A stretch of 64,000 nt of DNA. Origin: the human T2T-CHM13v2.0 reference genome, Homo sapiens. The position numbers were made by a program, and so were the translations under genes. Positions within the stretch are counted from its first letter, which is position 1. Each line of letters begins with the position of its first letter. The stretch lies in assembly GCF_009914755.1 (NCBI RefSeq), contig NC_060936.1. One strand, given 5' to 3'. Positions 37,978 through 50,945 of this stretch are shown in pieces. The notes below the pieces were generated by a model. It had not been told where the DNA came from, did not search any database, and saw nothing but the letters and a program-made list of their open reading frames with translations.

Positions 37978-39762
37978 AGTGTATTAGACCAGTTGTGTTT
38001 CTGCAGTTTCTCACAAGGCAGTTCCCTTATTTTCCATCTGTCTAGGAACGGAGTGAGTTGCATTGCCTGAGTACAAGATAAAGCATTAGGAGATGGTTGT
38101 AGTTCTGATGGGAGAGCTTCCAGACAACACAGAAGACAAATATATACAACCTGAAAGCTAACAGTGTCATTTTATAGTTTCTTCAAACCTGGCAGTGTGG
38201 AGGTGATTCAGAGAAGCCCCTGAGGCCATCTGGTCATTTTTCCCCACTACCTTCAGGCAGTGATTTTGGCTGTGCAGAATGTCAAAGATTTCACTAATCT
38301 ACAGAAACAATAGTTTCTTGGCTTCCCTTAGAAACACTTGCCAATACTGAGTCACTCTCACTGCCTGGAAACATGTCCTTATTTCTAATTAAAACTCAGA
38401 ACGTTATAATCTAAATTATTTTATCTTGTTCTTTCCTCAATGGGATTAGAGAAAGAATTAGACAAAGAGTCTATGGATCATCTAGTTAGAGCTGAAAGAA
38501 TGCCTAGAGATACAACAGGCCATTTTATAGATGACAAAATAGCAGCTCATTTTTTTAAAGCAAATTGCCTAAATTGGAAGAGAAAATTAATGCCAGGGCC
38601 GGGTGAGCATCTAGACCTGACTTAAAATCTAGCAGCCTTTCTACTTCCTAACGGTATGCCACCCTACTTTGGGTATGGTCATCTTGATCATTGCAGTCAA
38701 ATACACAAGATGTGTGGTTTGCTCTCAGGCTTTCTTCTTAAGATAGTAACACTATTATTCTCTCCTCTGACACTTGTCAGAATTTCCGCCTAGTTATTTT
38801 TATTCCTAGTATGTAGTGTCTAGCACAGCATAAGCACACTGCAGTCATCTAATATTTATAGATTAGCCCTTCCCATCTTAGCTACATCTCTAGCCATCTT
38901 TCCTTCCTGTTGTGCTTATCTGAGATATGCTCAACAGAAGAAAATAGCCTAAATATGGCCAGGATTTGCAATAAGCATTGTTTCATTTTAAATAAGTTAA
39001 GAACAAATCATCCTCATTTTCACAGCCCATCAAGTTGGACTTAAGCAAAGTTTGATATCAGATACAAAATGTGAATACCAACTTCTGTGGATTAAAAATG
39101 GCAAGTAATGATTTATTAATGAAAAAATGTAAAATCTTCATATTTTCTTATGGTTTCTGTAAATATAAAGATAAAATCCTTACTGCCAGAAATTACAAAT
39201 ATATTTGGTGGTTCCTCCTACAGGGTATTAGCCATGTTTATACCTATATCCGCCTTTTGCTCATTGACTTGTAATATATATGCCTTTGTTATATGGTTTC
39301 TGGGTTTTGCTGTTGCTCCTAGAATCAAATTCCTAACTGTGTGTAAAAATATTAATTCATTCAACAAGAGTTTTCTAAAGATATTGGCTGCTTTTAAATG
39401 TTACATAAGGTCTTTCAAAGAATCAAGTTACTATTGGTTTTGCTGCTTTTGTTGCCACTTAGAATCGCTGACCTGTAAGACACTTATATCTAGAACCAAT
39501 TTTTCATTTTGTTGCCAACTCAAACATATATGAAATGGCAGGTAAACACCCTGGCATGAAAGAAGAAGAACACTAAAAAAAAAATCACTGTACTTTCAAG
39601 GGACGTGTGAAAGAAAGCTTGTGAAATTGAGTTATATGCAACAAAAACCTGAGTAGGATTACATAAGACCCCTCAAAAATCTCAGCCAAAGAAATTCTCA
39701 TCTATATCTTACAGCATATTCTATCATGATTGTCTTCATTTCTCTTTGACTGAAAAAAATAC

Positions 39763-40065
39763 ATGCAGAGGGATGAGGGGTAGGGAGATGTTGATCAAAA
39801 AATACATAATTTTGGTTAAATAGGAGGAATAAGTTCAGGAGATCTATCTTACAACATGGTGATAATAGTTAATAATATATTGTATTATTTTAAAATGCTA
39901 AAAGGGTGAATGTAAAGTGTTCTCATCACAAAAATGATGACTATCTGAGGTAATGTATAATTAGCTAGATTTAGTCATTATTGCATATATACTTTGAAAC
40001 ATCATGATGTAAATTTTAAATTCACACAATTTTGTATGTCAATTTAAAAGTAAAAGATAAATACA
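39763..40065 (+). mobile_element. L1MA-type 3' end
   Basis: ggagatgttgatcaaaaaatac...aggaggaataagttcaggagatcta...gtgttctcatcacaaaaatg...tatgtcaatttaaa. Confidence 0.85.
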
Positions 40066-40399
40066 TAAAAAGAGGGGCCTAAAATAAATAGCTTGGGAAT
40101 GAAGTTTCCTGTAAGAATCCCCTACCCCAAAAAATACGTTTAAAGCCCAATTCACAAAATATTCCTTAATATCTGTAAATCACTTTTAAAGTCTAAAGTT
40201 AAGTATAATGTTGAAAAAAGATGTGTAGTTTCTTGTTCAAACAAAACGATTACAAAAACAAATAACCTGGAAATGAGAGTAACTTTTCTTTAACAATCAA
40301 ATAATTCTTTATTGAATTGAAGATTAATTTCAACTGCAAGGAAAATATCAATAAGTAAGAGCACATACTTCTACCAGTACATCTAGAAAACTGTAATTT

Positions 40400-40525
40400 A
40401 ATTATATCAATCTGTTTCCCCCACTACTCTAAGCCCCTGAGGGACTATGTCTTATTATTCTTCATATCTCCATCATTGAACATACTATCTGTCACAAAAA
40501 TTCAATAAATGTTTGTCCAAATAAA
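40400..40525 (+). mobile_element. L2 3' end
   Basis: ctgtttcccccactactctaagcccctgagggactatgtc...ttcaataaatgtttg. Confidence 0.65.
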
Positions 40526-41629
40526 CTATACCAAAGTGCTTATTGAATTGGTGATTAGAGTCAGAAAAGCCTTGATGTTTTTTCTCCTCTTAGAAATACA
40601 ATAATCCACAGAAGTTGGTATTCACATTTTGTATCTGATATCAAACTTTACATAGGCCTGGGATGTAGATGAAAAAATAGTCAAGATTTTGTTTCATTTT
40701 GTACATGTTGAATTGAAACTTACATTAATAAAAATGGAAGAAGAAGATTCTTTTTATTCCCCTAATATGTCCCAGAAGTTCCTACCTCTGAGACTTTGGT
40801 GACATTTATTTTCTTAGTCCAGTAAATATCTCTCCCTGTCTTACCATCTAGTGTTGTCTACAACTATTATCCAACACTCAAGGCCCAACTCCAATCGTAC
40901 CTCACCCATGAAGTATAGCATCATGTCTGCAAACCTTGGAATCAAATGGAACTGAGTGTAATTATCCAAGTTTTCATTTTACATCTGTAAAATGTACGTC
41001 ATTGTGAAGAATACATTTTAAGCCTCTAACACTGTAGCTGAAAATACATATTTCTGGCACTTTATGTTTTGGGGTATACGATACCATAACTGACACCTAT
41101 ATGCATTGAACAAACTCATATAAATCTCTGGACATTTGCCCCAGAATTTACCCTGCTAACTTTATTTACCTGGCTGTTAATGTTTTTGTCATTGTACGCT
41201 TGTTTTGATACGTGCCTTCTTATTGAGTTTTGGCTTGGCTTATTGAACTTTATTCCTATAGTCTCCTCAATCCTGTTAATTTGTGGTCATTCTTGGCCTT
41301 AGGTGAAAAACTCCTCCTTCATTTCCAACACCTTGTACTATTCCCTTCAGCTCCCCTACTATTAGGAAAGGAGAACTTGGGGAGTAAGCACTGATCTTTG
41401 AGCAGTCACTCTCAAAGTGAATCTAAAACCTTGCCCAAATTAGATAGAGACCAAACCTCTCCTACTTATAGAGAGTTTTGATTTCAAGGTAGAAGGCATA
41501 TACAAGCCAGGAGAAATTCCAGAAAGCTAAGACTTCTAGCAAGACGATTGGCCCCAGCACTGTAGAGCGGTAAAAAAGATGAAAAGTAAAGAGAAGTACT
41601 ACTCCAGATAATCAGAAAAAGATCAACAG

Positions 41630-41960
41630 AGGACAATATATTTGAGTAAAGACCAAAAGAAGTCAGGATGCAAATCATGTGATTACCTGAAAGATAAGCA
41701 GTTCATGACAGAGGAAAATATATAATTTCTGGACATTGAATCTTTTTTTATGTTCAAAGGGTAACAAGTAGACTAGTGGGATAGAGAAGAGGGAGGCAGG
41801 AGAAAGCGTTTAGGAAAAAGGTCAGAAGAGCCAGCTAATATAAGGCCTTGTAGGTGATGGTAAAAACTTGAGATTTTAGACTAAGCATGATGGGAAACTA
41901 TTAAAAGGTTGAAAACACGAAAGTGACATGAACCAATTTACCATTTGAAAATAACTCTCA
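41630..41960 (-). mobile_element. L2 fragment
   Basis: ggccttgtaggtgatggtaaaaacttgagattttagactaagcatgatgggaaactatt. Confidence 0.65.
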
Positions 41961-42575
41961 CTTAAATATGTGTGTAGGATTCAAAATCTCACAAATAAGG
42001 AAATCATAAATACAGAGGACAATCTGAAATCTATAAAAACCAACAACAGAATATCAAATGTTGTATTGAATATACACAAAAATAGGTTATTTTCCTCTAG
42101 TATTTTACTAAGATTGACTATTTCAACTTAATCCTTGGGAAAGTATAAACTATAAGTATAGGCTTATTACTTTACTTTTCTTCAACTTTCCTTAAATATT
42201 TAGTGAGTAAAATTAATATGCATAAACCTAAAGAAAAATGTTTTTTAACACTTTTGAAGGAAACATTTAAATTTTTCTTAACCAACTCATTTAATACATT
42301 GAGTGTTTTGAAAGAGTAAACTTGAAGTATGAGAACTTGAATGCTCTTTTCCACTTAAAGGAAAAGCAAAAGTATGAAAACGGATTAGCTAATGCTGAAC
42401 AGGTATATAAAGAGTAGTAGAAAATGTAGAAAATGAAGAAAATCAAACATTTTTATCAAACATATCTAAAATAGATGGTATATATCTGATAATAAAATTT
42501 GACCATGAAATATAAATAAATGGAAAGAAAAGTACAAAAGCTAAGTATCAGTTTTTCTGAGTCGTTACAAGATAA

Positions 42576-42911
<336 letters not shown>

Positions 42912-43084
42912 TAAGTTTAAAACTTAGAGCATACCGTTTAGAGTCCTTCTGTTACTACTTCTATAAGGCCAACTTCTGTTTATCTTTCAAGGGCCAGCTC
43001 AAATGTCACACATCAAAGTCTTTCTTGCCTATCAGCACTCTGCCATAATAACCCTGTTAATACTTTCTTATGCTTATTACAGCT

Positions 43085-45150
43085 CACTAAAAACTGAGAA
43101 CAAGGCAGTAGAGCTCAAAGAAATCCCTCACAAAACATTTAGCTTCCACTGTAGGGCGCACTGCAGCAGCCCGCCATCTGAAGGCTGGGAGCTGAACACG
43201 ATATCTGAGAGAAATGCCCGTTAGGAGCTCTGAGCTTTCAGAGCTTCTTCCAAACATTGACAGCTTGTCATCAGGAGAAAGAAGAAACTCACTGGGGCAG
43301 AAAGCTGCTTGATTAGCCATAAAGCATGACGTGATCTCTTGACTCAGGTGATCAGATTCCAAACCCTGCTGAAAGGAAAATTCCAATTCTCCTCTTAACA
43401 TATGTAAAGCAAATGGTAAATTAAATTTAACTAAAGTTGTAACAAAACCTAAATCCAACTTAACCACACATTATATTGATTTATCCCCGTCAAACTAAAA
43501 ACCTAATGAAAAGAGAGGCATTCCTTTTTCTGGGGGTAAATATTACTTACTTCAGTCTCTACTATTCTTTTAAACATAATGTCAATCATACAATAAAAAT
43601 TACAAGACATTCAGAGATCCAAGAAACTGTCATCTATTGTCAAGAGCAGAAATTGCCAATCAAAAGAGAACCAGAGATAAGTCCATTGTTGGTATCATTG
43701 GACAGAGACTTTTAAAACAAACTGATAAACATTAAAGGTGAATGAAAAACATGTGTGAATATATGGTATTTATAGCAGAGAGAAAAGAACTATAAAAACA
43801 AGTTATATGAGAAGGCTAAAGGGGAAAAAAACACAATACCAGAAATAAAGAATTCTTTTCATAGGCTTGAAAAAAGACTTCACACAATGGAAGAAACAAT
43901 TAGTAAACTTAAAGAAAAACATAATATAAATTATTCAACTTGAAAGAGCAAATAAAAGTGAAAATAAAATAAAACAATGTCTGAGGTGTGGGACAACATC
44001 AAATAATCTAACATGTTTAATCAGACTCTGACAAAATAGGGAAAATCATATAATTGAACAAATATTTAAAGAAGGTTATTATTGTAAGCTAACAATTTTT
44101 CCAATGTTGTTGAAAAAAAAAAGTGACTGAAATACTCCAAAAGTTGAGTGAATTATAGGAAGGTAAACGCAAAATAATCACACCTAGGTACATCATAATC
44201 AAATTGCTGAAAACAAATAATAAAGAAAAAATCATAAAAACATCCAAAGAAAAAAGATGCATTACATGTGGAGAACCAGTAATAAGAATAAAGGTTTAGT
44301 GCCCATCAAAAAAATGAAGTTCCAAAGACAAAGACATTGCATAATAAAGTATTAAAAGAAAAAAAATTAATCTAGAATTCCTTAACCAATGAAAGTAACT
44401 TTCACAAATGAAATGAAATAAAGATATTTTCAAAGAAACAAAAACCAAGAGAATTGATCTTCAATTTGGATGTGTCCTACAAAAGAAATACTTAAAAAAA
44501 AAAAAAAGAAAAAGTCTTCAGGCTAATTAAAGGGAAATGATGACAAATGGAAGTCTTCATCATAAAAAATAAAATCAAGCCGGGCACAGTAGCTCATGCC
44601 TGTAACCCCAGCACTTTGGGAGGCCGAGGTGGGTGGATGACCTGAGGTCAGGTGTTTGAGACCAGTCTGACCAATGTGGCAAAACCCTGTCTCTACTAAA
44701 AATACAAAAATTAGCCAGGTGTGGTGACACACACCTGTAGTCCCAGCTACATGGGAGGCTAAAGCAGGAGAATCGCCTGGACCTGGGAGGTGGCAGTTGC
44801 CATGAGGCAACATCACGCCATTGTACTCCAGCCCAGGTGGTGACTGAGCAAGACTCCGTCTCAGGAATAGTTAATTAATTAATTAAATAAAAGAAAAATT
44901 AAAAACATCAAAAAGGTAAGTATGTTGGTTAAAATAAAACATATCTTATTACTACACGTTTATTTTTACACATTTTTAATTTTCTTTAAAATTTATTCAC
45001 TACTAGTTAAAAATAATATTGTGTGATTCATTGTCATAGAGTTTAGATATATAACACAACATAAGTTGTAAGGTTTTGAAGGTAGAATGTGGTAAGATAA
45101 GATACACATCTTGTAACCTCTAGTGTAACTATGAAAATACAACACAAAGA
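43085..45150 (+). mobile_element. Ancient L1 (L1M) 5' region and ORF1 remnant, interrupted by an Alu
   Basis: ORF1-like A-rich sequence: cacctaggtacatcataatcaaattgctgaaaac, ctagaattcctt, gaaataaagatattttca; boundaries approximate. Confidence 0.7.
44578..44890 (+). mobile_element. AluS (Sx/Sz-like)
   Basis: gccgggcacagtagctcatgcc...cctgaggtcagg...agactccgtctc; tail decayed to (TTAA)n and A-rich sequence. Confidence 0.92.
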
Positions 45151-45666
45151 GATGTAGTGAAAAAGGCACCAGATAATTACCAAAATTCATCAAACACCAC
45201 CTAGGATCTATACATTTTATTAAAGTATAACTTATTTTTAAAAATATTACAAATATCTCTGCATATGAAATCAGAAAACACAACTAAATTTAGGCTTCTC
45301 TTGATAGTCAAGGTCAAAGTTTTTGTACAGAGCTATAAAATTGTGGTACATCAAGAAGTTGCAGGGTATACTACTGAGCTCCTGATCATTAGAACTAATT
45401 ATTCCAGACAGGTATGTTTTTCTAGGGCATGTGACTGTGTTTTATAATCTATTAAAAAATGAAAGAGAATTTTTACAAAAAGACAGCTATTAAAGTATTT
45501 TTTTACATGCATAACTATCCTATTTAGCTATGTGTTCCAAGCCAAGGGAGGCAGAATTTTTTATTTATATATGGCTCCACAGATCAAGCCCAGTGAGTTG
45601 ACCTTAGTAATATTCAACAGGTCTTTCACGGAAGAAATAAAATAAATGTGTAACTATGACGATGAT

Positions 45667-45973
45667 TTTTTTTTCTTTTTTTTTTTGAGACAGAGTCTGG
45701 CTCTGTCGCCCAGGCTGGAGCGCACTGGCGCAATCTCGACTCACTGCAAGCTCCTCCTCCCACGTTCACGCCATTCTCCTGCCTCAGCCTCCCGAGTAGC
45801 TGGGATTACAGGCACCCGCCACCACGCCCGGCTACTTTTTTGTATCTTTTTTTTAGTAGAGACGGGGTTTCACCATGTTGGCCAGGATGGTCTCTATCTC
45901 CTGACCTCGTGATCCGCCCGTCTCGGCCTTCCAAAGTGCTGGAATTAACAGGCGTGAGCCACCGCGCCCGGCC
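45667..45973 (-). mobile_element. AluY-like
   Basis: CpG-rich; gcaagctcc...ttcacgccattctcc; gacctcgtgatccgcccg; TSD gac(g/a)atgat at 45658-45666 and 45974-45982. Confidence 0.92.
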
Positions 45974-45987
45974 GACAATGATATTCT

Positions 45988-46296
45988 TATCCTTAGCAAA
46001 CTAACACAGGAACAAAAACCAAATACCACATGTTCTCACTTATAAGTGGGAGCTAAATGATGAGAACACATGGGCACATAAAAGGGAACAACACACACTG
46101 GGGCACGGTGGAGGGTGAGAGGAGAAAGAGGATCAGGAAAAGTAACTAATGGGCACCATGCTTAATACCTGGGTGATGAAATAATCGGTACAACAAACTC
46201 TCATGACACAGGTTTATCTGTGTAACAAACCTGCACTTGTATCCCTGAACTTAAAATAAAAAGCCAAAAAGTTAAAAATTACTAAAGATTAAAAAA
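45988..46296 (+). mobile_element. L1 3' end (L1PA13-16-like)
   Basis: atccttagcaaactaacacaggaac...gtgggagctaaatgatgagaacacatgg...cctgaacttaaaataaa; candidate TSD gatattct at 45980-45987 and 46297-46304. Confidence 0.9.
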
Positions 46297-46919
46297 GATA
46301 TTCTCATATCTTTGGAAAAATATGTATGCATACAAAAGGTGATTATGGAAAGAGCAAATAAATAGATGATGTGTATGCAATATGAGTACTCCTAGATGTC
46401 TCATAAATGAAGTAGCAGTGTGAACTTAGTCTTATCACTCGCTAATATATAAATCAAATTAAATAGTTGAATGTCTTAGTTCAAGAAATCTGCGAAAAAA
46501 ATCAATAGCATTTGTTTGATATTTTAGGCTGAAAGGACTCAATAGTTTTAGGCATTTGGGAGTTACGATACTGGCAATGTCACAAATGAAAAAGACACTT
46601 ATCCACTGAGAAGAGCTATAGGCCATATTGCTTTTTCAGAGCATTAAGGTAATATCTTTAGATAAACTTCCCTGCAATGATGGATTTATTTATAACCAAT
46701 TCTTAGGTCATTAAATGTTCCGAAGTGATATAGAGGGAGTTTGTGTTATAACCCCTTTCAGGTTATAATCTTTAGGCTGTACCATAATTTTTTCCTTTTA
46801 AAAGACAGTGATGGCCTGAAGAGTATCTAACTAGCTATCTCTCCACCCATCCATCTATCCTAATATTTTTGGAATGATTTTTAATGTATGTGCATTTATT
46901 AATAATGTTAACTCTTTTG

Positions 46920-47740
46920 CCTTAAGTCCCTGGAAAAAAAAGTAGAGGACATGGCATAGGGGAAGCTGGATCAGAGAGGAAGAAATAGAGAGCTGGTCCC
47001 TTCCTCCCTCTCCCACAGTGGGAATATGGGAGGATACAAGAGACTGAAGTAGTATAAAAGGGCAGATTCCAGGGTTTTCAGTTTTTCCACTTCTCAAGGC
47101 TTAGCTCCATATGGGTGGTGTTTCTATCCAATTATATATGGGAGTGGTCAAGAAACAGGAGGTCCACTTCTGCCATATCTAGGGAGGCCAAGGCCTTTAG
47201 AAGAAATCTACCATCCTGTAAGTGTTATGTCCATCACAGTACACAGGTAGTAGTACCACAAGTGGCAGAAAAGGGTATCTAATAATAGAAAAAAAGCCTA
47301 TGCAGTACCCTGACTCCTCATGGCTTGCACAGGGCATATTAATGATTCACGGGTTCAATGAACCCTGGTGAGGGAACATGAAGGGTGTAGGAGATTTCAG
47401 AGGTTGCAGTACGTTAGAGAAACATGAATGGCTTTGGTCATAGGTGCCACCCACCACTTTAAAATTGCCAGAGAATATCAGAACACAGGCCACCTACAAA
47501 AGAAACAGGATTTAGAGAATATCACCTTTCTTTCCCGCCCAACTCATATAGGCCCCCTTTATATTAGATGTCATCTTGGATGGAAGCAGATTGTTTTAGA
47601 AGAAAATATGAAAAACCAAGTGTTTCCCCAAAGGAGACCAAGTCTTCCAAGGGACACTATTTAAATAAGGAGAAATGGGTGTCCTGATAATTGGTATGTT
47701 TAAAGTTTCCCTCCCAACTTAATACCCTGTGGGTTGTGGG
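46920..47740. mobile_element. Possible old ERV-derived internal fragment
   Basis: GC-richer block with retroviral-like composition; family not recognised. Confidence 0.25.
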
Positions 47741-48009
47741 TGAAAGAAAACAATTAGATCTATTATCGAGGCAAAGTTTTGATTTTTTTGCACATTTGGA
47801 TTGTAAACGTGAGTAAATATTATCTCCTCACTACTAACAGAAAAATAAGTAAAAAATCAAGTGGATAGATAGATGATGACAGCAGACAGATATCAGAAAA
47901 AAGATCTAATATATAAATATAGGTGATTAGTAAATACATGGAGTTAAAATGGAGATATAAATTGATGTAGAGGTAGGCATATTGAAAGAAGTAAATATTG
48001 ATATAGACA

Positions 48010-48500
48010 TAGATATGAAATATCCCACCATCACAACAAAAAAGAATTAGTTTTGCAAGGACAAAACTAGAGGACATTGGGCTAAATGAAATAAGCCAGG
48101 CACAGAAAGACCAATACTACATTATCTCACTTGTTTGTGATCTAATGTGGTTGAACTCATAGAAATGGAGAGTATAAGGGTGGTTACCAGAGGGTGGGAG
48201 GAGAGAATAGGAGGCTATTGGTCAAAAAATACAAAGTTTGCTAGACAGGAAGAAGAAATGTGTTTTTGATATTTATTGCACAGCATAGTGACTATAGTAA
48301 ATAACAATGTGTTGTATATTTGAAAATTTCTGAGAGTAAATTTCAAGTGTTCTCACCACAAAAATGTCAATTATGTGAGATGAAGTATACGTTAATTAGC
48401 TTGCTTTTGCTCATTTCACATATTGAATTAATCATTCCAATTATTTAAACATCACATTGTACCCCATAAATATATATACTATTTTTATTTGTCAATAAAT
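48010..48500 (+). mobile_element. L1MA-type 3' end
   Basis: gaggacattgggctaaatgaaataagccaggcacagaaagac...gtggttaccagaggg...acatcacattgtaccccataaat. Confidence 0.85.
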
Positions 48501-48631
48501 AATTTTATATAAACAAATATTATTTCACAGATATTGTTCATGAACACAAAATTGTCACTGTGACTTTTCTACCCGTTCCTCCTCAAAAATAAAGCTTAAG
48601 CGAAAGAATTCAACATAGTTGAATATCTCCC

Positions 48632-48938
48632 TTTTGTTTTTTGTTTGTTTTTTGAGACAGGATCTCACTTTGTTGCCCAAGCTGGCCTCTTGTGACTCTG
48701 TCACAGCCTCTGCAGCCTCAATCTCGTGGGCTCAAGAGACCTTCACACATAAGCCTCCCAAGTAGCTTGGACTACAGGCTTGTGCCACCACGTCCAGCTA
48801 ATTTTTACATTTTTTGTAGCAACAGAGTTTTATTATACGTCCCAGGCTTGTCTCTAAGTCCTGGGCTCAAGCAATCGATCCTCCCACCTTAGCCACCCAA
48901 AGTGCTGGGATTAGAGGCATGAGCCACCATGCCCAGCC
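48632..48938 (-). mobile_element. AluJ
   Basis: Diverged dimer with gggctcaag in both arms (J diagnostic). Confidence 0.88.
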
Positions 48939-48959
48939 CACCACAGAACATCTTAAACA

Positions 48960-49130
48960 TACTAGGTTTTTTCCATATGCTATCTCATTTAGTATTTAAA
49001 CAACTTTACCATATAAATATACTATTAGTCCTATTTCGTAGTTGAGAATACAAAAAAAAAAGTTAAGTAACTTGTTTAAGGCTGTAAAGCTTACAAAATA
49101 GAGCCAATGTGAAAACCTTATCTGAGTCTG
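48960..49130 (-). mobile_element. MIR
   Basis: tatctcatttagt...gttaagtaacttgtttaagg. Confidence 0.65.
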
Positions 49131-50354
49131 CTAAGTCAAGTTGACCACCCCCAAAAAAAGACTTTGAGGAAAATCAAACAACCTTTTCTTTAGGATTCGG
49201 ATATATAGATTCCCTTAGAATATCATGATACAACCTCAAGAATTAGTCAACTTTTTTTTTTATTTCCCAGACAGTATTATTGTAAACTTTTGAGGATTAA
49301 AGATTACTGTGCTCCTTTTTTAGATACAGAGCAATTGCACTATAATTTCTATATAGTGGGGAAAAAAGAAATAAAGTTTTAAGTTTCAGACTTATAACTT
49401 AAGTTTGCTTAAAATTGGAATTTGATGACAGAAAGTAGGCAAAAGTATTAATATTATGTAAAACATAAAATATTGGATCTTAGACACTAGATCAATAGTC
49501 AAAACAAAAACAATCTTACCACTTCAGCAGAAGGTTAAAGACCATGAAGAAACTAAAGTTAATCGTTCTCTTTAAAAGAGATCAATTTTAAGTGATTGTA
49601 GGGTAAGATAATTCTGAAATTGTGGCAAATGCTTTTCTAAGAAACAATTGCATTCTGGCTGTGTGTGCAGAAAACAAACAAACAAGCAAGTGAATAAATA
49701 AATGCACCCACCTGCCCATGACCATATTAAGGACACAGAGGGAGAAAGCAGAACTTCCCTACGCTGATCTATGAAAAGACTTATAGAACAATGTGTTCAC
49801 AAGTAGTGCTGCTTTATCTGGTGTTTTCTTCCAAGATTACTGAAGAAAGGAGGAATGTTTAAAATCGATAAATAACACAGCATGATTTTTGTTTTGAAAT
49901 GATAGAAAAAAAATATTGACATGACCTCTGCCTGACTTTCCACTCAGATCCGAGGATAAGATGTGTCATGCACTACATACGAACAGAGAAACTAGGAGGT
50001 GTAAAAACAAAATCGAACTAAAAAGTAAATAGCAATCCCTTTCACAAAGAAAACATAATATTCTCTAAATAATTGGAGACAAGGCAAGCAGGTAAATTCA
50101 TTTTATCTATTAAATCAAAGATAGTCTTAGAGCCTAAGACTCATCTGTAAGGTTTCATTTTAAAATCCATGAAGCAGAATTAAGTATTATTTTCAATGTT
50201 TCTTATTGGTATTTTCTATTTTTTTCTTAGCAAGTTCCTGAATGGAGTGTAAATAAAGTTATAGTTTTTTAATTTATAAAACTATCAACATTATTCCCTT
50301 GAGTTGAAAAGTTCATTAAAAATCCTAGTTTTCTGACAAGTTTAGTTGACTAGA

Positions 50355-50650
50355 GCAAAGCTACTCTAAGTGTGGTCCATGGACCTGTGTAGGTATTTGA
50401 ATTGTGACTAACCTGCCGTGAAATACATGGAAATTTAGAATAAATGTTTAGAAACCTTTATAGTAATTTAGCAATGTCTTTGAAATTTAAAAATGTCTTT
50501 GAATTTAAAAATAAAACATACAGGCTTCCATTTCATTTTTCCAGCACTTCCATTTCATTTTGATGTTGTACTTTATAAAATCTTAGGCCTGAAATAGAAT
50601 GGAGGGAGAAAAACAGATACTTTCCCATAGGTAAGTTTTAAAAGCACTGC
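50355..50650. mobile_element. hAT-Charlie DNA transposon (Charlie4-like)
   Basis: caaagctactctaagtgtggtccatggacc start and aaagcactg end resemble Charlie terminal inverted repeats. Confidence 0.55.
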
Positions 50651-50654
50651 TTAA

Positions 50655-50800
50655 GGATGAGCTTTGGCAACAAATAGAAATTGTTTTGTATACCAGCTCT
50701 AATTGCAGCCAAATTCTAATTATATGGCATTGGGAAAGTTACTTCATCTCTCCAAGTTTCCATTTCCTCAACTGAATAATGAGTATCTACTTTACATGTT
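50655..50800 (+). mobile_element. MIR
   Basis: ttgggaaagttacttcatctctccaagtttccatttcctcaactg. Confidence 0.65.
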
Positions 50801-50804
50801 TGTT

Positions 50805-50945
50805 TATGCGGTCCTGAATGAGCAAAATCAGTGTCACCCCAGCACTTGTTAGAAATGCAGATTCTCAGACCTTTTCCAGACCTAGTAAATCAGAATCTTC
50901 ATGTTAACAGCATCCCTAGTGAAGTATCTGCACAAATACGGCACT
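50805..50945. mobile_element. MER5A-like hAT element
   Basis: cttgttagaaatgcagattctcagacc...ccagacctagtaaatcagaatc. Confidence 0.75.

Noticed and set aside
49500-49570. Possible minus-strand splice donor (cttac) suggesting a small exon
   Set aside because: No convincing paired acceptor or reading frame; such motifs occur by chance.
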